Assembly: GCF_006345805.1 (NCBI RefSeq)
Contig: NC_043002.1
Coordinates: 31,868,001 to 31,932,000, forward strand
DNA from: Octopus sinensis
Taxonomy: Eukaryota
Length of the DNA: 64,000 nt
Direction of reading: 5' to 3'
In this document: positions 26,290 to 39,700 of the stretch, piece after piece
Layout: each line of letters starts with the position of its first letter
Numbering within the stretch: the stretch's first letter is position 1
Notes under the pieces: generated by a model
Seen by the model: the letters and a program-made list of their open reading frames with translations, nothing else
The model's database searches: none
What the model was told of the DNA's origin: nothing
Made by a program: the position numbers and the translations under genes

Positions 26290-28135
26290 TTCCTTCGTTC
26301 TTTTTCTCTGCTCTGTGTTCCTGTTCTGTTTTGTGTTTTTACTTGACTTTTTATTTGAAACATTTTGGTGTGGTTGCCGTTTGACACCCCTGGGGAGGCT
26401 TGAGATTTTGCGAGCCAAACCTTGGAAGAGGAGATAATTCTGTTTCTCCCCGCAGAGTGGAAGGAAATTGACAAGAGCTTGGGTGTGTGGGCTACCACCC
26501 GGAATAGAGCTAGAAAATATCGAAGACACTATCCGTCGGGGTCTGGTTGGCAGCAGAGCCAAGCTCTTAAATGTCAAAATTCGGCCTGCGGCTCATTGGG
26601 TGGGATCGGAAGCAGTTTTGACCCTGTGGACCCAATCAACCGATAATCTGTTTTTTCCAAATGTTTTTAGGATGGCCGGGTGCAGGGATCCGGTGATTCC
26701 TGAGGGTCTCTCCCACCCACATGTCATCGGTGCCTGGAGCATGGCCATATAAAGAAAAACTGTCCTCAGGAACAAAGCAATGTCCTGGAGCAGTTGATAG
26801 AGTAGAAGAAGGAACGAAGGCGGCAGAGGAGACGGAGTACTCCTTAAAGAAAGGCAGCAAGAGGAAGAAGGTGAGCAACAATGGGTGCTCACCGAAGGAT
26901 CCTAGGGATGAGGGAGGAGAGGCGAATCTCCCGGTCACGGAGAGAGACGCACCCCCTCCTCCAGTTGAGAAGAAAAAATGAGGAAGAGGGAGAAAAACGG
27001 GACATTGCCTGCAGTCGGTGTCATGGCATCGGAATATCCCGGAACCTCGTCGGTTGTGCCATCAGCAGCGGAAGAGACACCGTTGGCGGGAATTGTGCCG
27101 CCAACGGTAGAATTGACTACCTTGACGCCAGAAGAAGACAAATTATTGATCTTCTACATAGGCGCAGGGGTGGCTGTGTGGTAAGTAGCTTGTTTACCAA
27201 CCACATGGTTCCGGGTTCAGTCCCACTGCGTGGCATCTTGGGCAAGTGTTTTCTGCTATAGCCCGGGCCGACCAATGCCTTGTGAGTGGATTTGGTAGAC
27301 GGAAACTGAAAGAAGCCTGTCGTATATATGTATATATATATATATATGTATGTGTGTGTCTGTGTTTGTGTGTCTGTGTTTGTCTCCCTAGCATTGCTTG
27401 ACAACCGATGCTAGTGTGTTTACGTCCCCGTCACATAGCGGTTCGGCAAAAGAGACCGATAGAATAAATACTGGGCTTACAAAGAATAAGTCCCGGGGTC
27501 GATTTGCTCGACTAAAGGCGGTGCTCCATCATGGCCGCAGTCAAATGACTGAAACAAGTAAAAGAGTAAAAGAGTAAGAGTAAAGATAGAGGTGGACAGG
27601 TGGAAAAGGTGGTGGAAAAACACTATAAGGGGATACCTTTAATTTTCACACGGGTAGCCGAATGGCCTCCGCAGATAGCTGAGGAGGCCATAACGTTGCC
27701 CGTGATACGTAGGCTGGAGGGACTCGAAGAGGAATATCGCTTGTGGCCGGGCAATGCCAGCTCGGAGCCCGCCTTAGTTTTAAACGAGGCCTGGGTAATG
27801 CCGGAGTATACGGGTACAAGCGATGTTGGGGAGGACAATTGACAAGAGGTTGAAAAGCCTCAGTGTCATAATGTATAAGTTTGTAAGAGGCTCAGCGCCT
27901 CAATTTGTAAATGGACTATTGAGTCCAATAATTGTAAAAACAGAAGGAAAAGTTTCAGTACCTCGGTCTGTTTTTTTTGTGTCAAAAATAGTAATGTTTC
28001 AATTTGTAAATGGATTAAGTCCAGTGATTGTAAAACGGAAGTAAGAAGTTCAATACCTCGGTTTTTTGTTTTTGTGCAAAATGTTTTAGAGAAGCAAGAC
28101 ATCGGCGGGCGTTTATTGTCTTTTCCCATTAATAT
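26290..28135 (+). mobile_element. Degraded L1/Tx1-like element carrying ORF1 (CCHC zinc knuckle), interrupted by a SINE
   Basis: Across frameshifts it reads WVCGLPPGIELENIEDTI...PVIPEG..TCHRCLEHGHIKKNCP (CX2CX4HX4C at 26722-26763), then a K/E-rich region. No endonuclease or RT follows. Confidence 0.7.
27161..27585 (+). mobile_element. Full-length SINE family A
   Basis: tRNA-like head with A-box-like tggctgtgtgg and B-box-like ggttcagtccc, central (TA)/(TG)n, tail ggcggtgctcca.catggccgcagtcaaatgactgaaac, then gtaaaaga repeats. Confidence 0.9.
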
Positions 28136-28228
28136 AATTTTATTTCCTCATTCATCTCATCAATGCTTATGTCCAGCCCGCAAGGTACTGCGTATCATGC
28201 CTTTACGGCAAAACTTTTTGAAATAAAT

Positions 28229-28364
28229 TAGCTTGTCTACCAACCACATGGTCCAGGTTCAGTTCCATCGCGTGGCACCCTGGGCAAGTGTCTTCTACTA
28301 TAGCCTCAGGACGACCGAAGCCTTGTAAGTGGATTTGGTGGACAGAAACTGAAATAAGCCAATA

Positions 28365-28428
<64 letters not shown>

Positions 28429-28495
28429 CTGTTTTGTCCCCCACCATAGCTTGACAACCGATGCTGGCGTGTTCACGTCCCCGTAACATAGCGGT
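28229..28495 (+). mobile_element. SINE family A, truncated next to a Helitron
   Basis: Matches 27187-27442. Confidence 0.85.
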
Positions 28496-28524
28496 TATGT
28501 AGTATATATGTAGTATATATATTA

Positions 28525-29659
28525 CTAGTAGCATAGCCTGGCGTTGCCCGGGTATGTAAGAGCCCCTAGTAGGCAACGACTAATCCCAATCTAGTCCTTT
28601 CCCTCTAGGGAACGAAGGCGCTTGTGTAGGTTGCAATGTCTTCTCTTCATTCCCAAATAACTATCCAACAGCTATCGATAATTCAACCCAACCAATTCCT
28701 ACCAGGAAGAAATTACATTCCAGACTTTACCCCCAACACCGCTACTTCTGCTAATAGCTGCTGCAGCCGCAAGTTATTCGAATACATTTTTTGTTTAAAC
28801 TTTCTTTATAACTACCACCCCAAATGTTTTACCTTAAATTTTTGACGTACCCTAAGGGTCCTCAGACGCTACTTGCAAACTCTTGGTTTATTATAAACCG
28901 CTTTTGTCGTGTGCACCAAAAAACCTTTTCCATTCGTTTGTTCAGTTTGGTCACTTTTGACTTTTTCGTTGTTGTCACTCACATTGCTGCCCGCTTTTTT
29001 GCCGTTTTTGTACATTTTTATACGTTTTGGGATACTTACCCCACGTGTTCCGAGAGTTAAAAAGGTCGAGTTACGCCCCCTAGACAGTCTGTGGTTTGTG
29101 TTTAATACACAAATCGGTTTGCTATTTGTGCCACATATGATTTAATTAACCGATTTTTTTCAATAATAAAGTATCCTATTGGAATAAAGAGGGCCATATA
29201 GCTCCTTGGAGCAGACATGATGCTCACTGTGAATTTAAAAAAAAATTCCTGCCAATTTGTGAAAGATATTGTCAAAAATATGTCATCTTGAATTTGAACG
29301 CGATTTCCCGAAATGGCATGATTTTATCGATTTTTTCTGATGGTAAGGCATTGCATGGAAAACTAACGTCAGAATTAAGTTTCTTAGGGTAACATTAAGC
29401 TTCACCATGAGTTTGGTGAAAATCGATTGCAAGTTGCGAAAACTACAACAGAAAATGTGTTGCATAGATTCTCGACCCCATGTCGAATTTATCGACTTTT
29501 TTCAGAACTGGGGGAACTGTTCAAAATTTTCGCTGCGTTAGTCTTGAATTATGACATTGGGCTATGTGTGTGTCAAGTTTCACCAGAATCGGTTGAAAGC
29601 CGTTGTCAGGGTGAGGGTACAGACACACAGACAGACAAACTGCCGTTTATATATAGAGA
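28525..29659 (-). mobile_element. Non-autonomous Helitron
   Basis: Minus strand begins A|TCTCTATATATAAACGG and ends CCGGGCAACGCCAGG..CTAG|T. The termini match the element at 18694. Confidence 0.85.
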
Positions 29660-29709
29660 TATATATATATGCATATATACATACGTATATCTACATGCTT
29701 ACATCTATA

Positions 29710-29935
<226 letters not shown>

Positions 29936-30209
29936 TATATACATACATATATCTACATACTTACATCTATACGCATATATATATGCATATGTTGGCACAC
30001 GAAAAAATACGAGTACATGGAATATAAACTATTTTTTCGAACAAAGAAAGGCACAATTAAAAAACAAGACAAACAACGTAAAGAGTTGAATAAGTCGCAT
30101 AAAATTATCTTTAACTTATCCTCCTCTATTTTCTTTTAGCCAAACACAGTAACCGTTCGGTACCTCCTCGTGTAATTCTTTATATAGAGATGTTCATATT
30201 AACAGATGC

Positions 30210-31825
30210 ACATCTACCACTATCACCATCACCACTACCAGCAACAACTTCTAACACTACTACTTCATCAATGCCAGTAGAATATAATCTCCAGAAATAC
30301 CTTTATATACTCACTACCACCATTCCATTGTTAACTATCATTACTTTCATTGTCATCATCACAACGTATCTCAACACAATTGCAAACAAAACCCTGGCAA
30401 GCAACACCATTAACGTCATCGATACCATCGCCACGACCAAACACCATCACCACCATCACCACCACCGCTACCACCACCACGGCAAAAGACCAACACCTCC
30501 ACCACCAATACTATCACCCCCAATACTACCGCTACCTTCGCCGCCACCAGTATCATTTCTATCATCACCACCCAATCCTCACCATCATCTCTGCAACCAC
30601 CACTACCACCACCAGCACCAGCACCACCACCAATACCGCCAACACCACCACCGACACTACCAGCATCGCTTCCATCATCACTACCCCACTCTTCCCACCA
30701 CAATGCTCACCATCTTCTCTGCCGCTACCACTACCACCACCACCAACAACAACACTGCCACCATCGCCAACACAGCCACCACCATCATCTCAATACCAAC
30801 ACCACCTCAAAATACTATTACCACTTCTGCCACCTCCACCAGCAACACTATCAACACCACTACCATCACCTCCACGATGCCACCACCATCACCACCGCCA
30901 CAATACAACCACCACCACCACCACCACTAATGCTACCACTAGAATCTGATTACTAATCTAAAAGAAATCAGATCGCGAAATCTACCACTACAAACCAATG
31001 TCCAAGACATGAAACTAACCACCACCAACATTTTTTCTCACCATCATACCAACTCTCCTCATCCCCGCCAGCATCTTCTATACCACGATCACCACCACTA
31101 CCAGCAACACAACCCTTTAACTATCGCTGCATCACCACTTCCATCAATACCACAACCACCTCTGCAGCCATCCCACAATCATCACAAACATTATCACCTC
31201 CACTGATACCGGCTCCACCAACCACTAACACTACCATCCCCAAAAACAAAAACCTGCAATAATTACAACCACCACTACAACCACCACCGCCGCCGCCGCC
31301 ACCACCACAGTCACCACATGCAGCAGCATCACCATAAGCAACCCCCACAACCTGCATTTCCACCACCATTCACCGTCACCACCACCACCACAAACTACGC
31401 CAGAATCACAGTCACAATGACGACCACCATCATCCCCACACTGCCCCAGCCCCACCCGCCGTCCCCCACACCAAACACCCACACCATCCCCGTACCACCT
31501 CCACACCACATCAACCACAAGCAACAGCCCTACCCTCCATCACAACCTGCACCATAACCATCACCACCATCACCACCACCACCAGCAGCAACACTACTAC
31601 CACCACAATCAAAACACCATTTCCATAACCAGCAGCACCACCACAACCGCTACACCACCAACACCACCTACTAACAACATGTATGAGATCAATACCATCG
31701 TCAACAAAAAAAAAACAAGTACTACAACCAACAGTACCACCTCCTCATCTCCATCACAATCACTACCTCCATCATCATCGCCATCACCACCACCATCACC
31801 ACAATCACCACCACCACCTACTCTG
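30210..31825. repeat. Degenerate (CAC/ACC)n low-complexity block
   Basis: C/A-rich trinucleotide sequence giving His/Thr/Pro runs in all three frames. Confidence 0.85.
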
Positions 31826-32537
31826 TTGTCCATTTATTGGGTGTTAAGAAGGAGTCAGAAAATATTTGACGCTAATTCTAGTGGTCAATGTGGCGATGTT
31901 ATGAAGACAACTGTCCACTTCCCGCATCCTTCATCCAATGCTTCGTCACTAATCAGTCTGTGTTCGAATGAAGAATTCCAAAGAATATTCTCGAAATATC
32001 CAACGGCTCGATGATTCTACCTAATTTCCATTGGCCGACGCATCCATTCACTTGTGAAATGTCAACAACGGTTTAGTTGTATATAGAAGAAGAGAACATA
32101 GATGGATGTCGTTAGAGACTGGTCGGTGACGCTGGCTGGCCCGTGTTTGGTGAGCGCTTGCGCGCGTAAATCAGATACAGAGAGGGAAAAATAGAGAGCA
32201 GGAAAGAGTTGTGACGGGTTAGTGGAAGGAGCGTTAGTGTGCGGCTGGTTGTGTGCATGGTGGGAAAGTGTGTAGATCGTTATTTGTTTGGCCGGTGTTA
32301 TGGCAGGCAGTGACCCAAGCCAAGGAACAAGGTTGAAATAGTAAAATGAATAGCCACTTCCTTCATCGCTAGACAACTACTATAATAACACATGAATAAT
32401 ATACTGAGAAACTATTAAATATACGAACACACATCTAGCCACATTCTCTCACAGATGCATTCGAGACAACACACGTGCACACAAGCGCGCAGCGCATGTA
32501 TATGTAAATATATAGATATTTTAGAAATAGCATTTTC

Positions 32538-32598
<61 letters not shown>

Positions 32599-32602
32599 AT
32601 AT

Positions 32603-32851
32603 AGCAATTAAGGACAACTTCTTAATAAGGAATCTTAATAAGAAATTATCAGGTAGATAGCGTGAAAAACCTCATAAGAGAAAAATTTCGAAAATAATCT
32701 TTCTTATTGAACATATTAATTTATATATAGAGGGCATTATTATACAAAGATGCCACACGCTAAGAGGGACAAAAAGTCATTTCTACCATTTTTGGTAGAA
32801 ATGACTTTTTGTCCCTCTTAGCGTGTGGCATCTTTGTATAATAATGCCCTC

Positions 32852-32939
<88 letters not shown>

Positions 32940-32963
32940 AGAGGGCATTATTATACAAAGATG
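32603..32963. mobile_element. Foldback-ended repeat in (TA)n (same family as 2357-2630)
   Basis: Essentially perfect hairpin 32722-32788 / 32793-32858 with a TTTT loop. A third partial arm lies at about 32935-32963. Confidence 0.8.
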
Positions 32964-32978
32964 TGTGTATATATATAG

Positions 32979-33029
<51 letters not shown>

Positions 33030-33900
33030 GATAGATAGATAGATAGATAGATAGATGCGTATGTGTGCTTATATTTATGTCACGTATATACATATAAAGT
33101 ACATACATAGTGCGGACATATCTTCAGAAAGTGCCAGATTCTAATACCAAAAGACGAGAGCATACTGACAAATATGTTTGTATATACACATTTTTGTGTG
33201 CATATCTGCATGAATGTCTGTATATGAACACACACACACGCCCAAGCACATACATTCACATGCATACACACACGCCCAAGCACGAACATTCACACGCACA
33301 CACACACATGCACATATATTGTTTCAGTCATTGTACCGCGTCCGTGGGTGGTACACCATCTCGAAGTGACTAGCAGAGGAAATTGCTCCCAATTACTTAT
33401 TTTATCAATGTCGTTATGACGAACGATTAAGACACTATGACGTCAAAGAAGACCGGTTATGGCAAACTATAATATAAAGACGCGGGTGCATACATGAAGG
33501 GCTTCCGTAGATTTCCCCTCTATCAAATGAAATCATGACGTATTGGGGCTATAGTAGAAGTTACTTGCCCAAGGTATTGCACAATGGAACTGAACATGAA
33601 ACCATATGGTTGAAGAGCGAAATTGCTTACCAAACAGCAATGCAATATATATACATTGCTATAAATGTCTATATACATAAATATATTTATGTGTATGTGT
33701 GTAGTATGTATGTATTTATGTCTTTCTGATTTGAAAGAAGTATATTCAGCAAAAGAATTCATTCATTTATTTCAATGCACCTCTAGCTTGAATGACTTTG
33801 ATTTCAAAATTTGTCTCTCTTAATCATTAATTATAATTTTGACATCAACCTGAAGCAGTTCGGTGAGATAGAATTAGGTATATGTAACTGGAATTATTTT

Positions 33901-34190
33901 GTGGAGGCACATGGCCTAATGGTTAGAGCAGCGGGTTCGGGATCGCGGGTTCGAATCTCAGGCCGGGCGATGTGTGCGTTTATGAGCGAAATACCTAAGC
34001 TCCACGCGGCTCTAGTAGAAGGTAATGGCGAACTTCTGCTGACTCTTTCGCCACAACATTCTCTCACTCTTTCCTCCTGCATCTTGCAGCTCACTTGCGA
34101 CCGTCCAGGTGGGGAACCTATAGGCCAAGGAAACCGGGAAACCGGCCCTTATGAGCTAGGCGTGGCTCGAGAAGGAACAAAACAAAAACA
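33901..34190 (+). mobile_element. SINE family C head with a third type of tail
   Basis: gtggaggcacatggcctaatggttagagcagcgg..gggttcgaatctc; tail ..gagctaggcgtggctcgagaaggaacaaaacaaaa. Confidence 0.85.
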
Positions 34191-36012
34191 ACTGAAATTT
34201 TATGACTTGCTTTTATAGAAAATAATTATCTTTGCAAGCAGGGAGCTGGCAGGATCATTTGCACGCCGGGCGAAATGCTGCGCAGAAGTTAGTTCGTCTT
34301 TGCCTTTCACTTTTTCATGGTCGGTAGAATAAATATTAGATGAGCACTTGGGTGGATGTAGTCGACTAGCCTCCTCCCCCAAAATTTCAGGCAGTCTGAT
34401 TATAGTAGAAAATATAATTTGAAGATGTAAGATATAATATGCAAAATAAATGAGAAATGGACTAAACATCATTCTGCAGGTCAATTTTATTTTCAGTTGG
34501 TATTGTGCTGAATGAATGAGCAAAAGAAAAATTTACCTCACTACATTATAAATACATACATTGAAAAGCACTTGTCGTATAAACAAACCGATGTATTTTA
34601 TGTAAAGACTTTATTTTGTTAGATATCTGAAAGATAACTGAGCGAAATGAATTACATGTACATGAATATTAATACCTGTGCTTATAGGGAAATGTTTTGA
34701 ATACAGAAAAAATAGTAACTTGAGCATACATATTGAGATGGGCATACATAAAATACACCTACCACACACAAACATACAAACACGATCGGCACACACAGAG
34801 GAAAATCATTTTTTCATACTTGTATAGGCATAAAGAAAAGAAGTTGAAAATGAACGTGAAGAAATAAAAAAAGAATGGTGTGAATCTTTAAATTAACTCA
34901 GTTATATTTACTTAATAACTGGTTTCACATTTCCATGATTTTTACAAGTAATGTGAAATAAAAGAGTTAAGCTGCATTTGTCTCGACATCAATTACTGTT
35001 TATAATTTCGCGCCAAGTTAGGGCGAGATTATCATTCAATTTCCAGGTGTTAAGTTACAGTTTACCTGGTAGAAAAGGATGAGGTAATCAGATATAGTAT
35101 CTGGTAAGTCTCCCATGACATAATAGTGCTATGTGACTGTATAAAGGATAATTATAGGAAAAGCTGCGTAAGTCCAACGAATGTATTATGTGATAGAATT
35201 CATAAAATGCAAGTATAACGTCACGTAACAATATGAACGAATGCTGCCTTAATAATCAAAACGAGTGATAGTAAATTATGAACCTTCATTGTAATAAGGT
35301 TTTTGCCTGCTCGTATATGAAAAAGTGAACTAAAATAGTGTAATATGTTGGTTATAAAGTCGTTAGTGAACGTATCTGTTTGGTACCTTGTATAGTATAT
35401 TTTGTAGTGATTTGTATTTTCCTTATTTGATCTGAGTTTTTGTCAGAACAAAGAGAAGTATTGCATAATAGGTTTTTTCTTGTACATAAGTTTAAATTTT
35501 ATTCAATAGAATCTGTCTAGTATTAAGATCTCGTATTTCATGTCAGTAATTAGAAATCCGTTTCTTTTGTTTTATTTCACCACATTAAATCCATTACATT
35601 TGGTGATGTAAATTCACAATTTTGATAGTGAAGGGATTCTTCTGCGTGAAAATATGCTCCGGAAAGAAATTTATGTATCTTCTATAAAGTTCAGGTAGTT
35701 TAAACAGTTACGGCGACTACATGTTTTGAGGAATGATTTTTGTGGTTACATTTTGTAGTTAATTTGGCAGTGGTAGGGAATATTTTGGCGATTTGTTTGT
35801 CATTTGCTTTTCATTAGCTTGTATATTTTGAACACATTTTTCATATTGGGTCTTACTTGACTAGTGGAATAGTTTGACGGAGAATGTGTTTCTATATTTT
35901 GGGGATTGTGTGTTGTAATATGAAATCGATTGATTAACGTAGTTGAATTATTTTTGCTCTTGTAATTCCTTAGTGACCATTTCCTTGGTCTATTCTGTTG
36001 CATTAGGTGGAC

Positions 36013-38137
36013 GGTAAAATTACAGATTATCACCCCCACGATTTTCACTAAGAAAAAAAAAAAAAACTCGGATTTTTTGCGTGGAATCAAATACCCTGAC
36101 CTCCTAATATGCTGCAAATCCCATATTTTGGTCCGGAATTCCTCCGGAAAGTGGGGGGGGGGGGATTACTCTCCCCCCGGAATTTTCACAAGGAAAAAAA
36201 AAATCAGATTTCTAGCGTGGAATCAAGTACCCTGACCTCCTAATATGCTGCAAATCCCATATTTTGGTCCGGAAGGGGGGGGGGGTAACACCCCCCCCCG
36301 GAATTTTCACAAGAAAAAGAAAATCAGATTTTTTGCGTGGAATCAAGTACCCTGACCTCCTAATATGCTGCAAATCCCATATTTTGGTCCGGAATTGCTC
36401 CGGAAAGGGGGGGTAACCCCCTCCCCCGGAATTTTCACAAGGAAAAAAAAATAACATATCAATAATTTAGAAAAGAAACATTTCTAGAAAATAGTAAATT
36501 GAAGTGTCAACAAATTATTGGGCAAAATTGAAGTGTGAACAAATCATTGGGCAAAAGATTTGGCATACTGTCATGCTTTTAGCTGTCAGAAGTGAAAGTC
36601 GTCAACTTCGTGTATTTGCGTCAGGTTCGCTGTTAGGCTTATAAAACAATAGAAGTTCAGTTTAAAGTTTATAAATAAATACATTTCATTCCATGTTCTG
36701 TTTAAACTTTATAAATAAATATATTCTTGCAGTGTGTGTATATGTGGCTATATGTCTGACTAATGTGTGTGTCTGTATTTATTGTATGTGTGTATAAGTA
36801 GTTATATGCTTATATTATCCATTATAGTAATATTTGTCTGTTGAAACCTGTTTTAAGGCGGTCAATAGTTTAATAAAGATGTATCTATACATGTATATAT
36901 ATATATAATTATACAGGTGTATATATACATGTGTATACATATATATATATATATATATATAAATATATATATATACACATGTCTATATATATACACATGT
37001 ATATATAAATATATATATATATACACATGTATATATATATATACATGTATAGACACATCTTAATTAAACTATTGACCGCCTTAAAACGGGTTTCAACAGA
37101 CAAATATTACTATAATGGATAATGTAATGGATAAAATTCAGACAACTTACCTCTTGCTGTCAAAAAAAGTGGATTAATTCTCAGCAAAACATACTGTTAT
37201 GCTAGACCAGTGGTTTTCAACCAGGGTTCCGCAAGAAGTTGCAAAACTGCTAAAATCGGCAGTAATTTTTAATTCTCCTGTGCAGATATGTGTGCATAAG
37301 ACTATTAAATTATTGTACAGGGGTTCCTCGAGCCAGTGGAATGTTTGAATACGCTGTGTGGTTTCAGTTTCTAATTTTTGCTTCTGATCTCTTTTGCCCC
37401 CACCCCCTCTCTATCTCAGTTGTTCATTCTGCTGATATTTAGAAAAGTGTTTCGCGCCAAGTTTTGTGCGGGCGGGAAAAGATGAACGATTTAAAATAAA
37501 TATACCTTATTTGTGTGTGAGAAAGAAAGTATATATTCTGATGATAAAATATATTATCTTTCAAAAAACCCAAATTTATAGAATATATCGTGTATGTTTA
37601 AGAAATGGTTCATGAGACATTGTTCATCTGTCTCCCCACCACACCTCCACCTACACAAAAATTAGTTTGAGATAGAGAGGGCGGCACAGAGAGAGATCAG
37701 AAGCAAAAATTAGAACCTGACACTATCACAGAGCGTAATTCAAACATTCCACTGGCTCGAAGAACCCCTGTACAATAATTTAATAGTCTTATGCACACAT
37801 ATCTGCACAGGAGAATTAAAAATTACTGCCGATTTTAGCAGTTTTGTAACTTCTTGCGGAACCCTGGTTGAAAACCACTGGTCTAGCATAACAGTATGTT
37901 TTGCTGAGAATTAATCCACTTTTTTTGACAGCAAGAGGTAAGTTTGTCTGAATTTTATCCATTACATTATCCATTATAGTAATATTTGTCTGTTGAAACC
38001 GTTTTAAGGCGCGTCAATACTTTAATTAAAGATATGTCTATACATGTATATATATATACATGTGTATATATATATATTTATATATACATGTGTATATAGA
38101 CATGTGTATATATATATTTATATATATATATATATAT

Positions 38138-38207
<70 letters not shown>

Positions 38208-38225
38208 ACACATGTGTATATACAC

Positions 38226-38263
<38 letters not shown>

Positions 38264-39142
38264 AGATACATCTTTAATTAAACTATTGACCGCCTTAAAA
38301 CAGGTTTCAACAGACAAATATTACTATAATGGATAATATAAGCATATAACTACTTATACACACATACAATAAATATAGACACACACATTAGTCAGACATA
38401 TAGCCACATATACACACACTGCAAGAATATATTTATTTATAAAGTTTAAACAGAACATGGAATGAAATGTATTTATTTATAAACTTTAAACTGAACTTCT
38501 ATTGTTTTAAAGCCTAACAGCGAACCTGACCGCAAATACACGAAGTTGACGACTTTCACTTCTGACAGCTAAAAGCATGACAGTATGCCAAATCTTTTGC
38601 CCAATGATTTGTTCACACTTCAATTTTGCCCAATAATTTGTTGACACCTTCAATTTACTATTTTTAGAAAGAAATGTTTCTTTTCTAAATTATTGATATG
38701 TTATTTTTTTTTCCTTGTGAAAATTCCGGGGGAGGGGGTTACCCCCCTTTCCGGAGCAATTCCGGACCAAAATATGGGATTTGCAGCATATTAGGAGGTC
38801 AGGGTACTTGATTACACGCAAAAAATCTGATTTTCTTTTTCTTGCGAAAATTCGGGGGGGGGTGTTACCCCCCCTTTCCGGACCAAAATATGGGATTTGC
38901 GTTTGCAGCATTTAGGAGGTCAGGGTACTTGATTCCACGCTAGAAATCTGTTTTTTTTTTCCTTGTGAAAATTCCGGGGGGGGGGGGTATTCCCCCCCCC
39001 CCCCTTTCCGGAGGAATTCCGGACCAAAATATGGGATTTGCAGCATATTAGGAGGTCAGGGTATTTGATTCCACGCAAAAAATCCGAGTTTTTTTTTTTT
39101 TTCTTAGTGAAAATCGTGGGGGTGATAATCTGTAATTTTACC
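36013..39142. mobile_element. 3.13-kb foldback DNA transposon with 8-bp TSD (Merlin- or MULE-like, non-autonomous)
   Basis: TSD AGGTGGAC at 36005-36012 and 39143-39150. Termini GGTAAAATTACAG / CTGTAATTTTACC. Arms of about 1.4 kb with three ~120-135-bp subterminal tandem units each. Spacer about 37420-37667. Confidence 0.9.
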
Positions 39143-39269
39143 AGGTGGACATTGTTTCAAAAATCGAAGGAAATTATTATAATTTTAGTGAAAGTTTAAC
39201 GGCGCTTTAGTATTTTCGTAAGGAATTAATTAAAAAGTGAGTTTTACTGCTATAGTCTGTCATTTTGAA

Positions 39270-39485
39270 GAAGATGACTCCATCAGGTATCCCAGATGAA
39301 CCAACTTCACGGCAGGAGGTGCAGATGAGGGCAGCTGCATCGAACTCTCTCGTGCACCAAATGGCAATTGCTAAAAAACATTCGTGAAGTAAAATCACGT
39401 AGCAACACCAAATGGCGGTGCCCCAGCATGGCCACAGCTCGTGAGCTGAAACTAGATAAAATAAATAAAAATAAAAAATAAAATA
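39270..39485 (+). mobile_element. CR1-clade LINE extreme 3' end
   Basis: GIPDEPTSRQEVQMRAAASNSLVHQMAIAKKHS*, then a 3' UTR stem-loop cagctc-gt-gagctg and a (TAAAA)n tail. Confidence 0.75.
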
Positions 39486-39700
39486 TTGAAGCAATTTTTA
39501 CGGTTAAAATATCCAGGAATTAAATTGGCTTTTCATTATACTCTGTTGTGAAATGAATATTATGTATATTGTTGTCAATGTTGTTAATTCGCGTTTTAGA
39601 ATCATTGATAGGATTAAGACCAATGATACATATAAAGACCTGCAATGTAACAGGCATATATGGAAACTGAATTGGTACTTAGTCTAGATATAGAAATATT

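Noticed and set aside
30190-30949. 246-aa and 199-aa His/Pro/Thr-rich ORFs
   Set aside because: They are translations of degenerate (CAC)n sequence, open in several frames, with no domain or splice evidence.
36079-36450. Regularly spaced repeats resembling a CRISPR array
   Set aside because: Units are ~120-135-bp tandem repeats without unique spacers. They lie within a transposon arm in eukaryotic DNA, and there are no cas genes.
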